DNA of 64,000 nucleotides from Vicugna vicugna (lineage: Eukaryota), in the NCBI GenBank assembly GCA_013265495.1, contig MU058423.1, positions 13,061 through 77,060 of the forward strand, written 5' to 3'. Each line of letters begins with the position of its first letter. Position 1 is the stretch's first letter. The position numbers and the translations under genes are program-made. Below, in pieces: positions 13,301 through 27,153 of this stretch. Below the pieces are notes generated by a model. It made no database searches. It was not told the origin of the DNA and saw nothing but the letters and a program-made list of their open reading frames with translations.

Positions 13301-16015
13301 ACTGCTTTTGTTGTGTCCCAAAGGTTTTGAATCATTGTGTTTTCATTTTTATTTGTCTCAGAGTACTTTTTGATTTCCTCTTTGACTTCTTCAGTGATCC
13401 ATTGGTTGTTTAGTAGCATATTGTTTAGCCTCTACGTGTTTGCAGTTTTCTTCTTGTAGTTGAATTCTAACCTCATAGCATTGTGGTTGGAAAAGATGTT
13501 TGGTACAATTTCAGTTTTCCTAAATTTACTGAGGCTTGTTTTGTGGGCCAGCATGTGATTGATTCTGGAGAATGTTCTGTGTGCACTTGAGAAGAATGTG
13601 TATTCTACTGCTTTCAGATAGAATGCTCTATAGATATCAATTAAGTCCATCTGGTCTAATGTGTCATTTAAGGCCTGTATTTTCTTACTGATTTTCTGTC
13701 TGTATGATCTGTCCATTGATGTAAGAGAGATGTTAAGGTCCCCCACTATTATTGTGTTATTGTTGATTTCTCTTTTTATGTCTGTTAACAGTTGTCTTAT
13801 ATATTGAGGTGCTCCTATGTTAGGTGCGTATACATTTACAACTGTTGTATCTTCTTGGATTGATCCCTTGAGCATTATGTAGTGTCCTTCTTTGTCTCTT
13901 GTAACAGTCTTTATTTTAAGATCTATTTTGTCTGATATAAGTATTGCTACTCCAGCTTTCTTTTGGTTTCTGTTTGCAAGGGATGTCTTTTTTCATCCTG
14001 TCACTTTCACCTTGCATGTGTCTTTAGCTCTGAAGTAGTCTTTTGAAGACAGCATATATATGAGTCTTATTTTTGTATCCATTCAGCCAGTCTATATCTT
14101 TTGGTTGGAGTGTTTGCTTAATCCATTTACTTTCAAGATAATTATCGATACATACGTTCTCATTGCCACTTTGTTAATTGTTTGGGGTTTGTTTTTGTAG
14201 GTCTTTTTCCCCTCTTTCTTCTTTTTGTTCTCTTTTCTTGTGGTTTAATGATGGCAGAGCTACATTGTTTTCTGATTACCGTGAGGCTTTCATGAAGAAG
14301 TCTCTCTATATATACATGATTGTTTTAAATTGCTGATCTCTTAATTTTAAATGCATTTTAGATATCCTTCATTTATACCCTCCTCCCCTCATGATTACTT
14401 TTCTTGTTTCTAGTATGGCCTTTTCTTTTTTTACCTAGAGAAGTTCCTTTGACATTTACTGTAAAACTAGTTTGGTGGTGCTGAATTCTTTTAGTTTTTG
14501 TTTATCTGTGAAGCTTTTGATTTCTGCTGAAAAATTAGCTGATAACCTTATGGGAGTTTCCTAGTATGTTATCTGTTGCTTTTCTCTTGTTGATTTTAAT
14601 ATTTTCCTCCTTATCCTTAATTTTTGATTACTATGTTCCTCACTGTGTGGAATCTGTGTGCTTCCTGGACTTGGGTGACTGTTTCCTTTCCCAGGATAGG
14701 GATGTTTTCAGTTATTATCTCTCTGAATATTTTCTCAGGCCTTTTTTCTCTCTATTCTCTTTCTGGGACCCCCTATACTGCGAATATTAGTGCATTCCAT
14801 GTTGTATCAGAGGTTTCTTAAACTATTCTTTCTTTTCATTCTTTTTTCTGTTCTACAGTAGTGATTTCCACTAATCTGCCTTCTCAGCTCACTGATCCAT
14901 TCTGCCTCATTTAGTCTGTTATTGGTCCCTTCTAGTGTATTATTCGTTTCAGTAATTGTATTCTTCAGCTCTGTCTGTATTCTTTATATTTTCTAACTCT
15001 TTGCTAAAAACCTCCCCCTGTGCATCTGTACTCCTTCTGAGTCCTCTGAACATTTTCACCATCATTACTCTAAACTCTTTCTTGGATATATTGCCTATTT
15101 CCTCATCATTTATTTCTCCTTCTGGGATTTTATCTTGTGCCTTGGTTTGAAAGATATTCCTTTCCTGCCTCATATTACCTAAAGTTCTATTTGTGTTTTT
15201 TGGGTAGTTTACTTACATTTCTTGACCTTGGAGAAGTGGCCCTCTATAGGGGACATCCTATGTGTCCCAGTAGTGCACTCCTCTCTGGTCATCCAAGGGC
15301 CAGGGTCAAGCCAGTCCCAGGGTTGATTCTGTTCTGCATTTGTGGATTCCTTCCACAGGCTTTGGGATTGTTGTTTTCTTACTTCTGGTATCTGCCCCCT
15401 TGGTGAGTGAGGCTGGACTAGAGGCTTGTGTAGGTTTCCTGGGAGGAGGAGTTGGTACCTACCCACTGCTGGGTAGAGCGTGGTCCTGGCCCTCTGGTGG
15501 GTGGGCATGTCTAGGGGCATATCTAGAGGCAATTTTGAGCTCAGGAAGTCTGCTTATGGGTGCAGCTGCATTCCCCCTCAGTATGTTGTCTGGCCTGAGG
15601 CTTCCCAGCACTTAAGTCTACCGGCTGTTGGGTGGGGCTAGGTCTTGGTGCTAATGACCCAAGCAAGATGTCAGCCTCCAGGAAAACTCATTAAATGAAC
15701 ACCCCAAGAGAGTGAAGTGTCTGTTTCCAGCAGTCTCATAGGGCTCCTAGAGTTAAGTCCCGCTTGTCTTCAAAACCAGATGTTCTGGGGTCTCCTCCTC
15801 CTGCTGCGGGAAGCCCGGGCTGGGGAGCCTGATGTGGGACTCAGAACTCTCACTTCTGTGGGAGGGCCTCAGTAACTTAATTATTTTTCAGCTTGTGGGT
15901 TACCCACCCTGGGGGTATGTGGCCCGATTATATCGTGAGTACACCCCTCCTACTGTGGTTCTGTGGTTCCCTCTTTATGTTTCAAATTGAAGAGGATCTT
16001 TTTGCTAGGTTTCAG

Positions 16016-16058
<43 letters not shown>

Positions 16059-16116
16059 CTTAGCAGTCATTTGTGGTTTTGTTGTAGTCATAAGGGGAGG
16101 TGAGCTCACGGTCTTG
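10400..16116 (-). mobile_element. Near full-length, decayed LINE-1 (5'UTR, ORF1 remnant, ORF2 EN/RT, 3'UTR)
   Basis: EN-domain ORF 13432-13875 (NVYAPN, IVGDLN); RT ORF 11793-12197 ([21 protein letters not shown]); ORF1-like 14949-15173; many frameshifts; degenerate TSD cagttgtcatactttt 10239-10254 / cggttattatactttt 16123-16138. Confidence 0.92.
16018..16056. repeat. Long poly(T) tract (~39 nt) within the L1 5'UTR region
   Basis: Direct read. Confidence 0.9.
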
Positions 16117-17479
16117 GAAATCCGGTTATTATACTTTTAAACCCTAGAATTTCTTTTTGGTTTTTTTTTTTAAGGTCTCTATTTATTGATATTGTCACTT
16201 TGCTTGTACATCATTTTCTTGACTTTCTTGACATCTTTCATTAATTCTGTAAGCATCTTTAAGATAGTTGTTTTAAAGTCTTTGCCTAGTATACCTGTCA
16301 TCAGGTCTTTTTTAGGGACAGTTTCTGTTGTTTTTTTCCTTTGAATGGGTCACACTTTCCTGTTTCTTTATATGCATTGTGATTTTTTTCTTTCTTTTTA
16401 AACAATTTTTTAAAATTCTAGTTTATTTACAATGTTGTGTTAGTGTCAGGTGTACACAAAGTCATTTAGTTATACAAATATATTCTTTTTGTGTGATGTT
16501 CTTCTTGAAAATTGGACGTTTTAAGCTAACAATGTGGTAACTCTGGAAATCAGATTCTCCTCCATCCCTAGGTTTGCTATTTATTGTTTGTTTGTTTGTT
16601 TAAAACTGACTTGTGTCAGGGATTAGCCTGAGTTATAAACTTAAACTCTTTTCAGGGCATGCATGGTCACTTTCTAATATTCCCCATATATGCAGTTGTT
16701 TTTAAATGTCCTAGTCTTAAATGTCTGGATCCCAAAATGGGAAAAAGAGAAAAATGAAGGGAGAGGAAAGGTTGCTGGTGCTATAAATCTGGAAATCACT
16801 TTACCCTGAGGGGGAGGGGCTTGCAACAACAGGAGAGGCAGCAACAACAATGGGTGCCCACCTTTTTGTCTGTAACTCTGTGATTAGAAGCAGCAATCAG
16901 ATCATAGGCCCATGATATTTTGAGGAGAGGGTTCTTACTGTCCACTCTGGTGCCTGCAATCTGTGTGTAAGCTGCTCCAGGAAAACATCCACAGCTGCCC
17001 GCCACAAGGCTGGAGGCCGGGGATGGGTAGCTGGTGCTAAGAGCTTAAGTTGACCAAAGTTAACCGCAATCGAAGGTTCAAGTTTTCTCCTGGAAGTTTC
17101 AAGCATTCAATAGAGTACAGTTCCAAAATAGCTACATCAGACAGAGTCTGCCAGTGCAGTTGTGGTCTAGGGAGGGTTTCTGGTGCTTTCTGCTCAGCCT
17201 CTTCCCAGAACCTCTTTCCTTGCCTTCTTTTTTTAAACAAAGCTATTTCATCAAATAACTAAATATGCCTAATTATATATATATATATATATGTATAGAT
17301 TTGCTTATTTTTGAGCTTTTAAAAGTGATATGCTTGATACAGTCTTCTGACCTTCTTTTGGGGATCTTCTTTTTGCACCCGACATTGTTTTTAAAGTTTT
17401 GCTCTGTTTTACATACAGTTGTTACTCATTATGGACTATTACATAGCAGTGAAAGTAATATGCATGCCAGTTATTTACC

Positions 17480-18043
17480 TACTGTTCCTTGAGTCCCAAC
17501 ATATACCGTTCTAAACTCTGGTTTCTGATGCTGGGACTCTGCAAACCACATTTCTCCATATTCAGTTGGCATCCTGTTAGGTTCTGCCTATAGGCGACAC
17601 TGAAGAAAGATTGGACGGTGGAGGAACACAGAAGGGATCACCTTTCTTTTTATCTATGTTTATCTCTGTTCCTTTTGGTGAGTCTCCAGTGGTGACACTT
17701 AGCTCCAGCCTGCAGTCCTTTTTTCATTCCCAGAGTCAACCTCCTGCTTCCTCTTAGAGGCACCATCAGCAGTGGATGGTGTCTCATCCTCAGAGGGTAG
17801 AGCCCCACTCTCTAAGAGCCCCTCCTCCAAGCTTCTGGGATGTCTATAAAACCCTCCCCTTTTGTCTCCCCACCCTGGAGCATCATAGCTGATTCCTGAC
17901 TTTTTATCCAGGGATTAGCTCAGCACTCCCTTTATCTTCTTTCAGCCCTCCAGTGCCTCTGCTACTAACACCCTGTATTAAATCCCCTCTGACTGAAATA
18001 CTTAGTGTGGCTTCTGCTTTCCAGACTGGATCCTGACTGATAC
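17480..18043 (+). mobile_element. ERVL solo LTR (LTR33-like) inserted in an old L1
   Basis: Characteristic gctgggactctgcaaaccacatttctcc and 3' end ...attaaatcccct...cctgactgataca. Confidence 0.65.
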
Positions 18044-21000
18044 AGTGTGAATATGCCATAATTTATTTACCCATTCTCCTTTTGATACATGCTGGGACGG
18101 TTTCCACTCCTTTGCTATTTGAACGATACCAAGTACAATTTGTACATGTGTCCTGGTACACAGTTCTAAAGTTTCTCTATGTATATGACTGAGAAGTAAG
18201 ATGCTAGGGTATACAAACAATCCATTTAATAAGATACAGTCATATTGTTTCCAGTTTACATTCCTACCTGTAATGTATACAATATCCTGTTTATTCACAT
18301 CTCCAAATTCCACATATGCCTCCATGAGACATGAGTGTGGAGGGGCCCAGGGCCTGGATGGTGAAAGAGGCTTAGGGCACAGAGGCTGGCACTGAGAGAA
18401 CCCATATGCCCATGGATCCCAGCCCAGCCAGGTAAATTTCTATGTCCATGAGGAAGGTTCACTGGTGCTCTGACCTTTGCACCCAGTTTTTGTGTTGGTC
18501 AAGGGCAAATCACATATGTTCTCCCTATATGTAAGATAGGGCAACAGGCACTGTTCACTTGTTAAAAATTATGTCATGAGAGCCCTTGAGAAACAGTGCT
18601 GCTACACTGAACAGATGTTCACTGAACATTACTTTCCTTTTTTCTTGTCCCTTTCCGGCACTTAAAGCCACTTCTTAGAGAAAGTGGAAGAAAATGAAAA
18701 AGCAAACTTCCAAGCAAATCACAATTCTGATCTCTATCATTATTTTCAGAGCATTCATTAATTGCTTACCAACAAAAAAAGGAAATAGGAGTCTGAGTTT
18801 TACTTTGGGCCCCTTCATGGTGAGAACTAGAGTGAACTGATTTTTCTCAGAACTTTGGGATAATGAGAGGAGAGTGTCTGACTCAGGATTCCCCTCCCTT
18901 GCTCACCCCTTCTACAGGCTTCTCAGAGGAGACAGAGAAAAAGGGGTAGAGAAAACAGACAACCTCAACCAGGACTCCTCAGGGACAGGTCAGCTGGTGT
19001 GACCCAGCTCAGGTAGAGGAACAGGGTACTAATTGTTCATGAGCAGTAATTTCAGAAACATTGCCCTGGATCCACTGTCCAAAAACTACCTTCCTCACCT
19101 ATCACCCAAGAGTTCACTATGGGGATTTTATTCACTCAGGTGTTAAAATGTGGTAGGAAGGAATTCATACTAAGCAACTGACAACTTACAAGAGGTGTCC
19201 AGCCCAGTCTCCCTCCTAACACAGCAATATGTTTAGCATCTGACCCAGCAAATGGGGCCTTGGCTGGAAGAATGACCATGACAGGGATTTGTTATCTCAA
19301 AGAGCAGCCCTTTTGGTGCCTGGACAGCCTGGACAGCTAGAAGGCTCTTCTCATACTGGTCACTTCCTGCCAGGCAGAGCCACAGAGCAAAGGTCTGCCA
19401 GGCAGGTGGCAGGATAGTGCCAGGCCGTGAGGAATACAGGATGGGGCAGACCCTGTCCCAGCCCCTCGGCAGTCCTGAGAACACACACCTGTCCTGCATA
19501 CAAAGTGCTGCACTGCTCCCTGGGTGATGGAGACAAGCACATAGTAGAACAGTCACCTGATAGCCTGGACACTCTGCTCTGTAAGCAGCCTAGTCACCAG
19601 CTGGCTCATGTTGGGGATTTCCAGGTGCCTTCTAAGGTATTCCTGGCCTGATCCTGGCCTTGTGTCCTCCCTTCCAGCAGCCCAAGCCCCCAAGCTGGGG
19701 TGTACTAAGCTGGAGCTGTGTTGCCTCCTGGGTTTCAGGAGAGGCTGCTGATTGGCTTGGGAATTAGCCAAGTGGGACTCAAACTTAAGGGTGCAACAGC
19801 CAGGAATTGTTGAAGCATTGTTTGAGCACCACAAACACTTTCCTGTCCTGCCTGGAGGTGACAGACAGGGGAGACAGGAATAAATGTAAATTCACACACC
19901 CAGGAGTCCCCAAAGCACCAGGACAGGATTGGGAGAGGGATGGACAGGCCCCCCTGCCCTGCTCTGAGAGGCAGAGAAAGTGGCCTTGGCACTGAGCTTG
20001 GAAGGAAGGGTCAGAGTCCACCAGACAGAGAAGACGGTGGGATGGGCCCCTGGGAAGTTTGCAAAGCAGGAGGGAGACATCCTTGAGCTCCCGGGGCCCA
20101 CTTCCCTCCACGCCTGGCACAGGGTCTGGGTGGTAGGTGAGGGTCAGGCTGGCTGTCTTTGGGACGGAGCCCTGAGCAGGAACTCCAGTCCTGGGGACTG
20201 GGCCCAGCTGGACCAGAACCTGCATGACCCGGCTTCCCTGTAGGTCAAATGGAGTTTCCAACTCAAGCTTTTGCAGCCCTGGCAGATGGATGCCCCCCTC
20301 TCAACTTGAAAGTGAGCACACGGAGGTCAAGGGGAGCTGCTTCAGGAGAGCAGAGGGCAGAGCTGAGGACAGAGCTCAGGACTCCTCTCCTGGCCTCTCA
20401 GCTGCATAGGGTGCAGGGGACCCCAGAAGTTTCACTGGCTTCCCAGGGCGGGGGAGAACCGAGAGTTAGAGAATGACGTGGCATCTGGGAGAGCAGGACT
20501 TGCCTCACGTGGTGTGGGCTCTGCTCTCTTCTGGGAGGGGAGCAACAGGCTGTGCTGGGAGAGAGAGGAGCTGGGGCAAACAGGAGGCTGCGTTGGCTGG
20601 GAAGAAACCCCCTTTCTGGAGAAATCAAGAAGGGTGCAGATTTACGCTGCATCAGGAGAGATTCAGGCCAGGCCCCAGGAAAGAACATCCAGGCTGAGGG
20701 CGGTGAGGATAGAAGGGCACGGAGCTCTCCGCCAACTTGGCAGTGTCATCTCCTGTTCCCAGGACAGGAAGCGGTGAAGCCAGTTCCCTAATTAGGACCC
20801 AGTCAGAGTCAATCACGTGGAGGCACAGCCAAGGGGAAAATCAATCAGGGCAGAGGTGAGCTTTCTCCAAGACCTTTCTGGCTTTGGACAGAGGAGAAGA
20901 TGGCAGGGATGGGAGAGAAATGTAGTTTTCCAAGCCAAGGCCCAGACCTATTTAAAGGCTTAATATTTTAAAAGGTCTGAGGTTGGGATGAAGACAAAGG

Positions 21001-21204
21001 AGGACTAAATAATTTAGGCAAGCAAGTGATGGTGATGCTGCCCGGGTTTGTACCTTGTCAGTCTCAAAGCAGCACCATTGGCCTCCTGGGAGAAGGAACA
21101 CAGGTGATGATGCTGGAGGAGACAGAGGAGGGAGTGAGCACCAAGCCAGCCTCTACTGCAGCTTCATGGGCTTGTTTCTCAAGGCATTTGTACTTGTTAT
21201 CTTC

Positions 21205-22230
21205 TGCTGTAGAGCAAAGACCCCTAAGCTCAGTAGCTTAAAACAAGCATTCATATATCATACAGTGTCTAAGGGTCAGAAATTGGGGGAGCTAAGTCAC
21301 TGAGTTGTTATGGCTCAGAGTCTCTCACAAAGTTTCAGTCAAGTTCTCTTGGGGCTACGGTCACCTGAAGGCTTGACTGGGACTAAAGAATCTGCGTCTA
21401 AGACTGACATGGTTATGTAATGAGCCTAAGATGGCCCCTCACAGCTGACTGGCACCATTGGCTCAAAAGGCTACTGGTGCCAAATTCAAATTTTTACACA
21501 CCCAGTTTTTTGAAATATATCTTTAGCCATTTTGACCTGCCTGCTTTGTACCCCTCAAGACACGACACCCCACATTGGCCAGCCATTAGGACAATAAACT
21601 CTGGTGCTATTGAAGATTCCAAGCCACGGCTGCCCCCTGGAGCTCTCCCAGCTCAAGACTCCCAACACGTTGCTAAATAACACCATCGAGACATGAGAGA
21701 CCCCCTCCATCTCCCTCTCCCCCAGGAATTTCCTTGCCCTCCTCCTCTTCTGGGTGGTGGCTCCAAGCCATTGATTATGGAAGGTCTCATGCTGTAAAAG
21801 GCTTCCTCTGCATGTGAACCTGTCAAAGCCAAAATAAAGCTCACTGTCTGCTACTGGAAACCTCCTGGTCATCTTTTTCCTTGACCAGCCCCCAAATCCT
21901 TCCAACTCACCACACATAGCTGTTGGCTAGAGGCCTTAATTCCTCACAAGGGTCTCTCCACAAGGCTGTCTGAGTATTGTCAAGGGCAGCTGGCTTTCCC
22001 TCACAGAGAGAAATATGAGTGAGTACAGCCATGTGGAATCCACCATGCTGTTTGATGACCTAGTCACACACACACAAAACACACCCTCACTTCTGTTGCA
22101 TTCTGTTTGTTGGAAGTGAGTCACTTCTAACAAAATCCAGCCCACACTCCAGTGAAGGGAATGAGGCTCCACCTCTTAAAAAGAGGAGTATCAGAGAATA
22201 CATGGGCACATTTTAAAAATCACCACAGCT
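21205..22230 (-). mobile_element. MaLR (MLT1-type) LTR interrupted by a younger LTR
   Basis: MLT1-like tracts (ctcagtagcttaaaacaagcatt; cagcccacactccagtgaaggg) flank the 21416-21914 insert. Confidence 0.65.
21416..21914 (+). mobile_element. ERV-type solo LTR
   Basis: TG...CA termini (tgtaatgagcctaagatggc ... ctcaccaca), internal TATA-like sequence and AATAAA (~21833). Confidence 0.65.
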
Positions 22231-22326
22231 CCTTCACAAGCATTCTGTCCCAACTCATCTCACCTCCTCTTCCCCAGGGCCCTGTGAGGTAAGCAGGGCA
22301 GGTAATAAGGCTGAGGAAGGCCAAAC

Positions 22327-22897
22327 TGAGACAGGAGGGAAGGGGGCAGGGCACAACCATTACAAGAATGACAGCCATTGAAGATATGATAAAAACTGGT
22401 TAAAACCAACAAGGCCAAGATGGCAGAAGATTCACCTTCCAGCAGACCTTGAGCCTCATTATACACTAATTGTAATTCATTAGCATGCTAACAACACACC
22501 CACAGGTTCCATGACAGCTCTGAGGCTGACCATAAAAGGCCAAAAAGTGGATGGTGGCCCAATTCCTGGAAATCCCTGCCCTTTCCCCCAAATAGCTGGA
22601 ATGATCCTCCCCCTTGTTAGCATGTGAAATTAAAAACTGCCATAAAATCTAATCACCGCTACCTCCCCTGACCCTACTGCCCCACACACACCCTGGGACC
22701 TCTCTTGCTTTCTGGGACAGCCTACACCCTGTCTATGGAGTGTGCACCTCCCTGAATATATATACTTTCACTCTACTTCAGCTTGCTCTTGAATTCCTTC
22801 CTGTGTGAAGCCAAGGATCCTCACTTAGCACGGTGCATCCCTGAGACTCGCCAGAGACCTGGGATGTAACCATCCTTTTGCACCCCATTTTCCTGCA
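22327..22897 (+). mobile_element. MER41-like ERV1 solo LTR
   Basis: Starts tgagacagg; MER41-type motifs cctcattatacactaattgtaattcattagcatgcta, ccatgacag, cttgctcttgaattccttcctgtgtgaagccaagg. Confidence 0.7.
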
Positions 22898-24687
22898 ACT
22901 GAATGACCTGGCTGTGCTCACATGCCTGGTATGTGAGGCTGGAACCCAGGACCCGAAGAGCCTCCTCTTCCCGTCCACATTCCTCACACAAGATCCCCTT
23001 ATCTCTGCATGGTGTGTCACAACTTTTTTTCTTCTCTCTATCATCTTCTGGTCCTCATGACAATCCTGCGAGATACACAACGGATTACCAAACACAGAAC
23101 AGTCAAAAGAACCTGGGTTCTGGTCGTGCCTTTGGCACAAATAAGCTGTGTGATCTTAGGAAAGCCCTGTTCCTTCTCTGGACGTCCTTAGCCTTCTCTG
23201 TAGGATGTTAAAAGATTAATGTTCAAAGAGGATACAATGATAATGTTTACTCAGATACAAATACACCCGTGTCAAAAATGAACTCATTAATTAATGAGGA
23301 AGCCCTGAGATATTACAACCAATTCTACAGAAAACTCAAAGAACTAGAAGTTTGTAGCTGGATAAGGAATGCTGAAGTGAATTTATAGTTACAAACAAGA
23401 ACTGGCAGAACTGGTCAATATCCATAGGAATCAACTGCACCCATGGTAGAATGGCCACAGTTTGCATTTCTTTAGAAAGGAATTAACTGCTCTCTCAGTT
23501 TTTAAACTTTTACCTCTACAGGCTGTAAAACAGCCTAGTCAGAGACAAACTAGGCAGAAGTTACCAGGATCAATGAGCCATCCAGGGCAGGACTCCCACT
23601 GAATTTCGAAGTCTCACAATTTTTCCTTACACATATAGAAGTTTGGGCATTAATCCCTGACAAATTCCCTGGTTGTAAGCCTCCACTAGCTGATAAGAAA
23701 ATCAAGGCTCAGCCTGTGGGTGGCAGACTGGGAGCTGTCCCTTCCAGTTGTCCCCACGAGGGTCTACCTCCTGCTTTCCCCTTCCCTCAGCTCAACCCAG
23801 GAGCACAACAGTGAAGCTCCCTGTCTTCTCAGGACACCAGAGACTCCTGAGGAAACGTGAGTTTTCTGTCTCCTTCTCTTGTCTTGGCCCAGCAGCAGGG
23901 CCTTTATCCATATTGACTTGAACTAGTTGATAAATAGCATATGAGTCAAAACCAACCTAATTAGCAAAGGCACTTATGTTAATAAATGCCTTTCAATCCA
24001 TACAGGGAGCTAACACACTCAAAATTAAGAGGGAAGAAAAGCCATTATCTGGAAATGCCTGGGCTCCTACCTGAGCTGAGCCCTGTGAAGTCATTAGGGG
24101 TAATTATAGGCTATTACTTGCTATCATCCCAGCAAGACAACTAGCCCCAAATTACAGTTAACGCCTAGGGCAGCATGTGGCCCCTCTGAGGCAGGGAAGT
24201 TAAGGGTAACTTTCTAATTCTCTTCCATTCCACTTGTGAGTCCCCCCACCGAGCCCCTCCACTCCATCACTCACATCTCACCCCAACAGATTTGTAATGC
24301 CAAGTTTTCTTTTGTGACCGGGAATTCCAAGAAGCCTCAAAGAGCTTTCCTGATTCTCCACTCAAGTCACTCTGAATTGGCTTCTCCGGTCCTGAGGGAA
24401 AGTTGAGGAGGCCATTGGGCATGAGGTGGGGAGAACGGGTATCTGGGTTGGGAGGGCCAGAGAGGAAAAGCCACAGGCCCAAGGCTACGGAGGCTGGCTG
24501 CGGCTGAGCTACAGAGCAGAGAGAGGCGGCGAGAAGATGGAGAGGGCAGAGATGCTGAGAGTCTGGGGTGAACATTTGAGGCTTCTACAGATCTCCTTCT
24601 AAAGAGGGCAGAGCAGTGTGTGGGGAGTGGAGTATATGGACAAAGGGTGATTTGCCTTCACCTACCCAATATTTCAATCAAACTCTT

Positions 24688-25598
24688 TGTGGAAGATTAA
24701 ATATGGCCAGAGTCCTTGCTCTTCCTCCCTCAGATATAGATTCTATTTCTGCAGTCTTGGAGTCTGGACTGTTCTTGTGACTTGCTTTGATCAGAAGAGA
24801 GTAGCAGAAGGGATACTGCATGAGTTACAGAGCCTAGGTCTCAAGATGCTTGCAGCTTCTGCTTTCCTTCAGAACACAGCCTGCAGACTGCCAAATAAGG
24901 AAGCCATTCTAGTCTCCTGGAGGGTGAGAGGTGTGGGGACCCACTGGGATCCCCAGAGCGGTAAAGAGAAAATTTTGAGCTACTGAAGAATCAGAAAGAA
25001 ATCTTATCTCAACTTCCCCTATCTGACCAAAGCAGAGCCCCATGAAAGCACCACTAACTCCTCCTCCCAGGGACTTCCCTGTGAATTCAGCTGCCATGGA
25101 GACAGACTGCTTATTTCCATTAGCATCAAAAAGCCCAGCCCAGGTTAACCTTTCATATTTTCCCATTGAGGCCCTAATAACCCCCTTTTGTTAAGTTGGG
25201 ATATATGACTTCATTATTGGGAGCTCCTGTATATAAGTAAACAAACCTTATCTTTTCTCCTATTAGTCTGTATATTGTCAGTTAATTTGCAGGCCCTCAA
25301 TTATTGGACCTAAGTTAGAGGAAGAAGAGTGTTGCTCCCTGCAGAGGCTCTGAGGAAGAAAACAGAGAAGCCCAACATATAGCCAGCCCCAAGGCTCCAG
25401 ACCTGTGGGTGAGGCCGTCTTGGCTCTGCTCGCCCAGCTGAGCCCAGCCAACAGCTGAAGGTATCCACATGAGAGCCCAGGTAAGACCAGCAGAACTGCC
25501 CAGTCAACCCACAGAATTGTGAGAAATAATAAATATTTTTGTTTTAAAATACTAAGTTTTGGGGTCGCCTGTTACATAGCATTAGCCAACTGATAAAC
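24688..25598 (+). mobile_element. MaLR (MLT1-type) LTR with a nested ERV1 LTR (~24960-25342)
   Basis: MLT1 5' end tgtggaagattaaatatggcc and 3' end aataataaat...gttacatagcattagccaactgat; nested LTR ends ...gtcagttaatttgcaggccc...ccctgca. Confidence 0.65.
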
Positions 25599-25682
25599 AC
25601 ATAGTTTGCATTTCCTATGCATGCCCTGTGCTTTTCTCACTCTATTTCCTATTCCGAATTCCTCCGTCATGGCCCTAACTTC

Positions 25683-26136
25683 TGACTAAGACTCTTTGCG
25701 TGACCAAACTTTACTCAGGCTCCTGAACTTTCTCCTAGGCCCATCTGTGCACATTCTTGTAAAATCCAGTTTTAGCAAGAATTCTGCTAAGTCAATTCAG
25801 GAAGAATCCCCTACCCTCAATGTCTGCTTGCATTCCTCTTCCTCCACTATCCCTCTGATCACCCTGGCCTGTCTTCAGTAAAAACCCTGTTAGGTCTGTT
25901 GAGCCAGAAGCCCCCTTACCCCTGATGTTTCCTCTCAGTTGTTTTCCATCCACTGCCCCACATCCTGCTCCTTGGCTATAAATTCACTCTTGCCTATGCT
26001 GTGTTCAGAGTTGAGTCCAATCTCTCCCCCACTGTAAATTCCCATTGCAGTGTCCCTATACCTATCACGATGGTCCTTAGTGAAGTCTACCTCACCGGGC
26101 TTTAACAAACATAACTGAATAATTTTTTCTTTAACA
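25683..26136 (+). mobile_element. MER31-like ERV1 solo LTR
   Basis: TG...CA termini with 4-bp TSD CTTC (25679-25682 / 26137-26140); MER31-type gaccaaacttt...aaaatccagttttagcaagaa. Confidence 0.75.
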
Positions 26137-26475
26137 CTTCACATGTTCAATCACACATGTACCTCGAGACCAAGACCAAAGAACCCCACCTCTAAGCAGC
26201 AATCCCCAATTCCTCAAGTACCTTCTCTCTGCATTCCGCAGCCCTTCATCTCTACCTCCCTTTTCATGTCAATGCCCGTCTTCTGTCTTGTATTGCAGGT
26301 ATTTATGGGTTGTCTGATTTCCTTGCTGGATGGTCGACTCCTTGAGGACAGAGTCTCTGTTCATTCATGAGCACCTACCACATGCCAGGTGCTGTTCTAG
26401 TCACTGCCTATACAGCAATGAACAACACAGACAATTCCCTGCCCCCATGGAGTCACATTTTCCTTTGGGAAGATG

Positions 26476-27153
26476 TGAAACCCAGCAAAGGGCTCATGAG
26501 CCTGAGGTACAGAAAGCCAAACTATGATAGCAAAAGTTTGCAGCAAAGTAAGGATTTATTGCAGGGTGCCAAGCAAAGGAGTGGGAGACAAGCCTCAGAT
26601 CCACTTCAACTTGCTCTTTGTGTTAGGGGCTTTTTTAAAGAGGAATAACAGAGGCTGGGATTAATCACTGTCTTGTGACATTTCTTAATTGTAGTTTCAG
26701 GATTCAGGATGTCTCTGGTTTACAATTCCCTGGCCAAGTGGTCCATGGCTCAGGGGTCTGTTAGATCATCTTGTATTGCTTGTTTTCTGAGGGGGAGGTA
26801 ATTAGGATTCTTCATTGATTTCCGCTTGGAGGAGGTACTGGGGATTGAACCTGGGACCTCTTGGGTGCTGAGCATGCACTATACCACCTGAGTTACACCC
26901 TTCCCCCTCTGTTAGCTCATCTTGCCCTGGAGAAACAACCTGAGTCTGTACATTAAGATGATATCTATAACAGCAATTTTAGTACATTAACAATGTTATC
27001 GACAACAACAATTTTAGTCATCTGACTCTGGTTTATGAGTGTTCAGTTAGCACAGGGTTGAGGTCAAGAGGACAAGAAATGGAAAAAAAGTTTTGGATAG
27101 AGAGTTTAATCAAACTCGGAAATGGAACTTGATTTTAGGGTGACTCAGTTTCA
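26476..27153 (-). mobile_element. ERV solo LTR inserted in an L2, itself containing a SINE
   Basis: Terminal inverted TGAAAC...GTTTCA; minus-strand AATAAA near 26555; L2-like sequence on both flanks. Confidence 0.7.
26774..26907 (-). mobile_element. tRNA-derived SINE (Vic-1-like, camelid)
   Basis: Reverse strand shows A-box/B-box (taactcaggtggtatag...gggtt caatcccc); TSD tctgttagatcatcttg 26757-26773 / tctgttagctcatcttg 26908-26924. Confidence 0.85.
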
